From: [Archangium] primigenium
GTDB lineage: Bacteria > Myxococcota > Myxococcia > Myxococcales > Myxococcaceae
Assembly: GCF_016904885.1 (NCBI RefSeq)
Contig: NZ_JADWYI010000001.1
Location: forward strand, 7,177,224 to 7,241,223
DNA: 64,000 bases
Reading direction: 5' to 3'
Shown: in pieces, positions 57,993-64,000 of the stretch
How the letters are laid out: each line of letters begins with the position of its first letter
Numbering within the stretch: position 1 is the stretch's first letter
Program-made: the position numbers and the translations under genes
The notes under the pieces: generated by a model
Seen by the model: only the letters and a program-made list of their open reading frames with translations
Database searches by the model: none
What the model was told of the DNA's origin: nothing

Positions 57993-59219
57993 TCAGGTGC
58001 CCGGCGCGCGGTACTGGAGCTGCAACGGTGAGCCCCGCGTGTTGTAGGGGTGGTCGGCGCCCACGGCGGACATCCACCCGCACGCGCCCCGGTTCCACAG
58101 GTCCACCACCTGGTTGTTCGCGCTGTAGGTCGCCTCACCGGAGGCGGCGTAACCCGCCGCGGCGAACTGGTTGGGCGCCATGACGAAGGCCGTGCCCCTC
58201 AGGTCGACGTTGCCCAGGCCCGTGTTGCCGAAGTCGCAGTTCATGGCCGAGCCGTAGGTCATGGAGGTGACGGGGTCGCCGTGCGAGAGCACTCCCGTGG
58301 ACGTGGCGAAGGTCTGGTCCGCGGTGTTCACCCGCAGTGTCGCGGGATCGATGCGGACCTTGGTGTAGACGGTCCGCACGTTCGTGTCCCCCGGGCGGTC
58401 GGACCGTGCGGTGTACTGGGAGAAGTTGCTCGACGCGCCCGTGGAGGGCAGCGGCAGGTAGTCCGTGGGGCCACCGGACATGTTGTGGCAGTAGGCCGTC
58501 CAGGGCTGGGCGGCATTGCCCTTCACGTACAGCGTATACGTCCCGTCCTGCGCGGGAGGATGCGTGAGCTTGTACTCCAGGCAGCTCGCCGGAGTCACAT
58601 CCAGCCACGACCCCTGGGTCACGTCCACGAAGTGCATGAGCCTCAAGCTGCCACTGGGGCTGGTCAGCCAGTACGGCTTGCCCGCCGGATCGAACAGGTC
58701 CTTGAACGCGCCGTTGCCCTGCAGGACGAAGAACTGTCCCGGCCCCGGGACGCTCATGTCCTGGGAGAGGACGACCTGGACACTGATGTTGGGATACTCG
58801 TTGTCGTTGTTGTACCCCCGCGCGAACCACGACCACCTGCGGCCGTCATAGTCATAATCCCGCTGCTCCCCATGCTCGCCCCAGGCCGCCACCCGCGTCG
58901 GGAAGACCGTGGGATTCACACCGTAATGACTGACATCCCCGATAAGGCAGCTGTACTTGCCATTGGACGGAAACGAGCCGTAGCGGCAATTGCGGCCTCC
59001 CTGGCTCGTGGTCGTATAGATGGAGGTGACCGCGAGCTTGCCGTCCTGCATGAAGAGCTCGGACTTCGAGCGGAACCCCGCGTTGTCGAACGTCAGGATG
59101 ACCGCCAGCTTCCCATTGGGCCAGTACCACGCCATCCGGGCATCCGCTCGCGCGGAGGCACTGAGCAGACACGTCAGGGAGACTGCCGCGAGGGATGCGA
59201 GCGATGCCAAGCGCTTCAT
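57993..59219 (-). CDS. Secreted protein with Cys-containing C-terminal domain weakly reminiscent of GON/fibrinogen-like domains
   Basis: Signal peptide MKRLASLASLAAVSLTCLLSASARA. 408 aa. Conserved Cys/Trp/Tyr pattern (TYTLYVKGNAAQPWTAYCHNM...MNCDFGNTGLGNVDL...WNRGACGWM). Co-oriented 42 nt upstream of the RHS gene. Confidence 0.6.
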   Translation of the reverse strand: MKRLASLASLAAVSLTCLLSASARADARMAWYWPNGKLAVILTFDNAGFRSKSELFMQDGKLAVTSIYTTTSQGGRNCRYGSFPSNGKYSCLIGDVSHYGVNPTVFPTRVAAWGEHGEQRDYDYDGRRWSWFARGYNNDNEYPNISVQVVLSQDMSVPGPGQFFVLQGNGAFKDLFDPAGKPYWLTSPSGSLRLMHFVDVTQGSWLDVTPASCLEYKLTHPPAQDGTYTLYVKGNAAQPWTAYCHNMSGGPTDYLPLPSTGASSNFSQYTARSDRPGDTNVRTVYTKVRIDPATLRVNTADQTFATSTGVLSHGDPVTSMTYGSAMNCDFGNTGLGNVDLRGTAFVMAPNQFAAAGYAASGEATYSANNQVVDLWNRGACGWMSAVGADHPYNTRGSPLQLQYRAPGT

Positions 59220-59362
59220 GGGACGACCCTTTCCTGTTCGGGGGAGACGACGTCGCGGCGGTACCTTCCCACCCCGGGCGTGTGCCCGGAGGAGAAAATT
59301 CCGTCACCTCCAGAATAGTCAGGAAAGCGCGCAGCGGACAATGGCGTGCGCGGCGCCGGCGG

Positions 59363-60511
59363 TCACAGCAGGCCGGTGCCGTACGCGTAGCTCCGGGTGG
59401 GCCCCTCGCCCTCGGTGGACAGACGCCGCACGCTCAGGTTCATCGAGGGCACGTGCGAGCCGGGCGACGAGGAGAACGTCACCTGGAGCGTGTCCCCCCG
59501 CTTCACGGGAAGCGCGTCGATGGGAAACCACGTCTGGTGCCAGTGCGTGTGGATGGAGAACGGGGACGTGTCGAGCACCTCCCCGGGCGCCAGTTCCAGC
59601 TCGAAGTGGCCCGCCAGACCGTGCACCACCGCGTCCCGGTCCATGCGGAACTCCACGCTCGACTCGAAGTAGAAGGACCCCACCGACTCCTTCGTGCAGT
59701 CGATGTGCCGCAGGAGCACGGGCTCCGTCAGGTAGCTCTCGCGCCGGACCCGGTCGATCCGCATCTTCAGGTTGCCCAGCTCCTGCGCCTTCACCTGGCT
59801 GTAGTCAAAGCCCCCGATGGGCTGCTCCCAGAAGCCCGGACCCTCGTACTGGTAGAGCGCCGAGTCCTCGATGGGCGCCAGGAAGAGCCTGCCCGCCGAG
59901 GGAATGGTCCGGCCGCCGGGCTTGAGCACCCGGTCGCGCACCGCCGAGAACGCCGGGTACATGTTCTCCACGATGAGGAAGTGGCCAATCCACTCCGAGA
60001 CGATGACGTCCGCCTGGATGTCCGCGGAGAAGTCCGCCGCGTCCCCGTGGAACAGCTCGATCCGGTCCGCCAGGCCATTGGCCTCGATGAGCGAGCGCGC
60101 CGTGTGGACGATCGCGGAGCGCTCGATGGCGAAGACGCGCTCGGCGCCACTGGCCGCGGCCGCCATGGCGAGCAGCCCCGTGCCCGTGCCGACGTCCACC
60201 ACCGTGTCCCCGGGCTGGACCACCTTGCGGATGGCGCGCAGGAACGCGTCGTTGCGCGCCCGGTCGCGCAGCATGTTGCGCTGGCTGCCCAGGGTCGCGA
60301 AGTCCAGGAACAGCACCGAGGCCTGTTCGGACACCTCCTGCGAGGCCGACAGAATCCCCGACTCGCGGATGGCCGCGAAGCGCTCGCGCAGCACGGCCTC
60401 GGGCAGTCCGGAGCTCTGGGCCACCGAGCGGATCAACTCCTCGGGCTCCATGGGTGAGGCGAGCGCCAAGAGCAGGGGGATGACGTCTTCCCGGAGCTGG
60501 TAGAAGGGCAC
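59363..60511 (-). CDS. Protein arginine N-methyltransferase (PRMT)-family class I SAM-dependent methyltransferase
   Basis: Motif I VVDVGTGTGLL; post-I FAIERS; double-E loop SEWIGHFLIVENM; THW loop THWHQTWF; N-terminal MLRDRARNDAFLRAI like the PRMT pre-motif. 382 aa. Confidence 0.8.
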   Translation of the reverse strand: MPFYQLREDVIPLLLALASPMEPEELIRSVAQSSGLPEAVLRERFAAIRESGILSASQEVSEQASVLFLDFATLGSQRNMLRDRARNDAFLRAIRKVVQPGDTVVDVGTGTGLLAMAAAASGAERVFAIERSAIVHTARSLIEANGLADRIELFHGDAADFSADIQADVIVSEWIGHFLIVENMYPAFSAVRDRVLKPGGRTIPSAGRLFLAPIEDSALYQYEGPGFWEQPIGGFDYSQVKAQELGNLKMRIDRVRRESYLTEPVLLRHIDCTKESVGSFYFESSVEFRMDRDAVVHGLAGHFELELAPGEVLDTSPFSIHTHWHQTWFPIDALPVKRGDTLQVTFSSSPGSHVPSMNLSVRRLSTEGEGPTRSYAYGTGLL

Positions 60512-60578
60512 GGAGGGGTCTCCTGGTGGGGGTTGCGACGAACCCTACCAGCCGCCCCCGCCACGTCGCGAGACCCCG

Positions 60579-62390
60579 TCAGGGACGAGCGACGAGCTCC
60601 CGGTGCTGGTTGAAGAACCGCTCGAACAGCACGGTCAGTCGCTTGCGGATTTCTTCTCGGGGATGCTGCTCCCATTGGGCGAGGCAGCTCAGCAGCTCGC
60701 GCACCCACCCGGGGTTTTGCATGCGGGCGAACCGGGCCTCGAAGTAGAGCGCGAGGACCAGGGACTCGTTCTTCTCCTGCCCGTCCAGACGGACACCCGG
60801 TTGGGGATAGTCCTCGTGAGGGTCCAGTCCCGTCGGCAGTCCGGCGATCTCGATGACCACGCGCTTGAGCGCCCCCGGCTCGGCGTCGCGCAGCGGGAGC
60901 GTGCCGAGCCGACACGCATGGAAGAGCCAGATGAGGTAGCGCCGCAGCCGGCGCTCGGACAGCATCCGCATGGGACGCTCGGGCTCGAAGACCCGAAAAC
61001 TCTCCAGCACGTTCCAGGCGATGTCTTCCATGTCCTGGGTCCGCGTCCGGCCCCGCGCCCTTCCCGGCCGATGGTCTGTTCGCCAGGCGAGCGCCGCCTC
61101 GACGGCGAGCGCATCCGCGTCGAAGTCCAGCGCCTCGAGCACGAACCCTGTCCGGCCGCTGCCCTGGTAGTCATAGGAGGTGGCGCCCTGCTGGGCGACA
61201 TGGAACGCCTCGTGGACGAGCAACAACCGGACGCACTCCTCCCAGTCCTCGGGCGAGCGCAAGCGCTCCTGCAACTGCCGGTATCCCAGCAACAGGTTGA
61301 CGTGGAACGTCCAGCTGCCGTTGAGGTGCCGGAAGAGCGGGGCATTCTGGCGCGCGGGAACCGTGTCGATGTCGCTCTGGAGCAGGGACGTCTGCTCCAG
61401 CTTCTGGCGCAGGGACTTCTGTTTGGGACGCTTGAGCCAATCACACAGCTGCGCGTGGATGGTACGCACCCGCTTGAGCAGCTCTCCGGCCTCGGCGAAC
61501 TGCTCGGACGAGGGCGAGCCCGGTGTCGACGCGACCCGCCGCGGCGGATGGATGCGGCGGACGGCGAGGTACTTGCGCTGCTCGGGGTTGAAGTGGTGGA
61601 GCACCACGGGATGCTGCGTGTTCGTGTTGATGACCGAGCCCAGCGCGGCGGCCAGGCTGGCGGGTCCATCCATGGCGAGCAGCACGGACTCCACGCCCTC
61701 CAGGTGCTTGTGCAGGGTGTCCATCACGGAGCGGAACTGCTCGGCGGCCTCGGACGCATCCTGGAGGCTCTGGACGGCCTGGGGGCTCGGGCCTCCCCGC
61801 GCGGGCCGCAGGACCACGGTGGCGAGCAGCTCCGAGGGATGGCGGGCCTGGAACTCGGCGAGCGCCACATCCCGGATGGACTGGGTCACCTCGACGATGA
61901 GGGCCACCTTGCCCCGGCCTCCCTGACGTGACGTGGGCAGCCCCTCCAGCGCGAAGAACGGCGTCTGCGCGGAGGACAGCGAGCGGTCATAGCCCAGCAG
62001 CCAGGTGCCATCCGTGATCCGCTGTTGATACACGTACAGCGGCCGGCGCGGCAGGCAGGACGCCAGGTGCAGCATCAGCATCAGGGGGGCGCACCCGAAG
62101 AGGTGGATGTCCAGATCCACCCCCAGCTCCCGCTCCTTCCTCGACAAGGCCTCGGCGAAGCGCTCGTTCTCGTCGAAGGCCGCGGACCAGTCCTGCTCGG
62201 GCCGCGTCCGGATGCGCGTGTGGGGCTCGAACGGATGCAGCACGACCGCCACGACATCCCGGTCACCTTCCACGCCTCGCTGCTTCAGGGCGTCGCGCGC
62301 GGCGTCCTCCGTGATGGGCCTGTCGTGCTCGTAGCGCAGGATGAGGGCTCGGGTCCTCACGTTGATGGGAATGTCGATGTCCATGGGCAT
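60579..62390 (-). CDS. Hypothetical protein: N-terminal tandem Rossmann-like (SAVED/CARF-like) repeats fused to C-terminal DUF4157-type HExxH (zincin-like) domain
   Basis: Start at the Met at 62390 (MPMDIDIPI...); the track start at 62522 would overlap the kinase gene. Two repeats centred on IHLFGCAPLMLMLHLASCL...PLYVYQQ and VLLAMDGPASLAAALGSVIN...PVVLHHF. The C-terminal LLLVHEAFHVAQQG matches the DUF4157 HExxHxxQQ signature. Confidence 0.7.
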   Translation of the reverse strand: MPMDIDIPINVRTRALILRYEHDRPITEDAARDALKQRGVEGDRDVVAVVLHPFEPHTRIRTRPEQDWSAAFDENERFAEALSRKERELGVDLDIHLFGCAPLMLMLHLASCLPRRPLYVYQQRITDGTWLLGYDRSLSSAQTPFFALEGLPTSRQGGRGKVALIVEVTQSIRDVALAEFQARHPSELLATVVLRPARGGPSPQAVQSLQDASEAAEQFRSVMDTLHKHLEGVESVLLAMDGPASLAAALGSVINTNTQHPVVLHHFNPEQRKYLAVRRIHPPRRVASTPGSPSSEQFAEAGELLKRVRTIHAQLCDWLKRPKQKSLRQKLEQTSLLQSDIDTVPARQNAPLFRHLNGSWTFHVNLLLGYRQLQERLRSPEDWEECVRLLLVHEAFHVAQQGATSYDYQGSGRTGFVLEALDFDADALAVEAALAWRTDHRPGRARGRTRTQDMEDIAWNVLESFRVFEPERPMRMLSERRLRRYLIWLFHACRLGTLPLRDAEPGALKRVVIEIAGLPTGLDPHEDYPQPGVRLDGQEKNESLVLALYFEARFARMQNPGWVRELLSCLAQWEQHPREEIRKRLTVLFERFFNQHRELVARP

Positions 62391-62463
62391 CCGGTGGTGT
62401 TTTCCGCCTCCACACGGGAAGACGGAATCGCCGGGCGAATCCATCGCGGGCCGTGCGCTTTTT

Positions 62464-63309
62464 TCAGGTTCCGGGGGTGAGCAGCCCGAGCACTTCCGCC
62501 AGGGCGGGCCGGTCCTCGGCATCCTTCGCCAGCATCCGCGCCATCATCGTCCGTACGGCGTCGGACGCACGACCCTCGAGCAGCGCCAGGGGCGGTTCGC
62601 CTCGGACGTGAAGGATCATCAATCCCTGCTGACCGCTCGACTGGAAAGGCAGTTGGCCCGTCAGCAGCTGAAACCACAGGACGCCCAGGGAGTAGACGTC
62701 CGCCGACGGTCCCACCGTCTTCGCATCGAACCACTGCTCCGGGGGCCGGTAGTCCGCGGTGCCGAGCATCGTGCCACCCGCCGTGGAGATGGGCAGCCCC
62801 TCGGGTCCCGCCGAAGGGAGCCGCTTGGCGAGTCCAAGGTCCGCGAGCCGCACGCTCCAATCACCCGGCACCCGGCGAGCCACGAGCACGTTCTCGGGCT
62901 TCAAGTCCCGATGGATGATCCCCTTCGCATGGAGCAGGGAGAGCACCTCGGCCAGCTGCCCGACGACCTGGACACTCTCCAGGCAAGACAGCCGGCCTCC
63001 CACGCGGGCGAGCGCGCGGGCGAGGTCCTCCGGATGCCACTCCAACACCATGTAGGGTGGGCCCTCGGGGAGCTCCCCCGAGGAGAGACCCTTCACCAGA
63101 TGCGGATGCGCGAGCCCCTGGAGCATCCGGGCCTCGTTGAGGAAGCGCGCCATGACCTCGGGGTCGATGCACCACGTCGGGTGCAGGACCTTGATGGCCA
63201 CGGAGGCGCCATCGGACGCCCTGCGTCCTTCGTAGACGGTGCCGGTCAGCCCCTCCGCGACGAAGCGCAGCAGGCGGTACTCCCCGACCTGTGTTCCCTT
63301 CGACAGCAT
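62464..63309 (-). CDS. Hanks-type Ser/Thr protein kinase (kinase domain only, 281 aa)
   Basis: Met at 63309 (MLSKGTQVGEYRLLRFVAEGLTGTVYEG). VAIK Lys; catalytic loop IIHRDLKPENVLV; ADLGLAK; activation segment ...GTADYRPPE. Confidence 0.85.
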   Translation of the reverse strand: MLSKGTQVGEYRLLRFVAEGLTGTVYEGRRASDGASVAIKVLHPTWCIDPEVMARFLNEARMLQGLAHPHLVKGLSSGELPEGPPYMVLEWHPEDLARALARVGGRLSCLESVQVVGQLAEVLSLLHAKGIIHRDLKPENVLVARRVPGDWSVRLADLGLAKRLPSAGPEGLPISTAGGTMLGTADYRPPEQWFDAKTVGPSADVYSLGVLWFQLLTGQLPFQSSGQQGLMILHVRGEPPLALLEGRASDAVRTMMARMLAKDAEDRPALAEVLGLLTPGT

Positions 63310-63320
63310 TCCAAGTGCCT

Positions 63321-64000
63321 CTACTTCGAGCCGGTGGGCTTGAGCATGTACAGCGCCTGGATGCAAGACAGCAGGCTCCGCAATTCCTCGGCGCACTGGG
63401 GATGGTCCGCCACGAAAGCCTCCACGTCCACCTGCTCACCCTGCTGCTGTTTGCGCATGTAGAGGAGCAGGGCCGCATCCGCGGCGTTCTGGATGATGGC
63501 GTCCTGGCTGATTCCCGGCGACTGCTTCTCGGGGTTGCCAGACCTGCGATCCCGGATGGCGCGCACAGCTCGCTGGCGGAGGGAGCTCACCGCATCCTGA
63601 CTCTTGCCCATGTGTTGCGCGATCTCCGCATCGGACAGATCGTCCAGATAATAGAGAAAGACGACCTTCCGTTGCTCCTTGGGCAGGCCGTAGACATACC
63701 CCAGCAGTTGTCGACACTCCTCCTGCTGGGATGCGAACTGACTCGGGCTTCGCTGGACGGCGGCCAGTTGATGGGAATCGAGTTCCTCCAGGGACTCCGT
63801 GGCATCCTCGCTTCGCTTCTGGCTGTGGGCCTCGCGCGAGATATCCATGAGGCGTCTCCGCTGAATCTTCTTGAGCCAGGCGAACCACGACTCCTCGGTC
63901 TCTCCGTCGAAGGAGGGGAAGCGCTGGAAGGCACGCAGCGCTGTTTCCTGAACGAGATCCGATTTGCGGGTACCAGCCGGAGGGGACCGTCCCATCTGGT
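63321..64000 (-). CDS. ECF-type sigma factor with C-terminal extension (partial; N-terminus beyond window end)
   Basis: Region 2 DLVQETALRAFQRFPSFDG...WFAWLKKIQRRR and region 4 LSDAEIAQHMGKSQDAVSSLRQRA, followed by a ~75-aa extension. The conserved region 1.2/2.1 lead-in is missing, so the true start lies past 64000. Confidence 0.75.
   Translation of the reverse strand, partial: QMGRSPPAGTRKSDLVQETALRAFQRFPSFDGETEESWFAWLKKIQRRRLMDISREAHSQKRSEDATESLEELDSHQLAAVQRSPSQFASQQEECRQLLGYVYGLPKEQRKVVFLYYLDDLSDAEIAQHMGKSQDAVSSLRQRAVRAIRDRRSGNPEKQSPGISQDAIIQNAADAALLLYMRKQQQGEQVDVEAFVADHPQCAEELRSLLSCIQALYMLKPTGSK

Overview
This is a high-GC (~70%) chromosomal window from a myxobacterium-like deltaproteobacterium. 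Gene order and content resemble the Myxococcus xanthus MXAN_486x-49xx neighbourhood; this is an inference from recognisable protein motifs and synteny, with no database search possible. The ORF track is dominated by long antisense shadow ORFs typical of high-GC DNA. I chose frames by recognisable protein motifs, signal peptides, operon-style start/stop overlaps and GC3. Positions 1-47.7 kb are mostly core genome: a partial gliding-motility G1 (agmU/glt) cluster gltH-gltG-gltF-gltE-gltD on the minus strand; a DnaC/IstB-like ATPase; an NHL-repeat lipoprotein; aspartate kinase; a four-gene ABC-2/GldG/DUF4340 exporter operon; an ECF sigma/anti-sigma/caspase operon flanked by paralogous lipoproteins; an MFS sugar porter; an orphan histidine kinase; rpoZ; a NUDIX hydrolase; a CIRCE operator upstream of groES-groEL; glutaredoxin; an FHA-type NtrC-like activator with a degenerate GAFTGA loop; smc; a CNNM/CorC transporter; prfA-prmC-murA; and a 4xPPC-domain lipoprotein. 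A tRNA-Gly(CCC) at 47.77 kb marks the start of an accessory region. Two ~105-bp imperfect direct repeats of the tRNA 3' half plus its terminator hairpin bracket a ~1-kb islet carrying a low-GC3 two-gene cassette (secreted protein plus small cytoplasmic protein, toxin/immunity-like). Downstream lie a tail-fibre-like (S74 chaperone) lipoprotein, an ADP-ribosylglycohydrolase, a 2,203-aa teneurin-like NHL/YD/RHS protein with an uncharacterised Gly-rich C-terminal domain and no co-oriented immunity gene, and a GON/fibrinogen-like secreted protein. The window ends with a co-oriented module: ECF sigma (partial) - Hanks Ser/Thr kinase - a protein with tandem Rossmann-like (SAVED/CARF-like) repeats fused to a DUF4157-type HExxH domain - a eukaryote-type protein arginine methyltransferase (PRMT) homologue. 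That last module is the most novel-looking system in the window. No CRISPR array, rRNA, transposase or integrase was seen.
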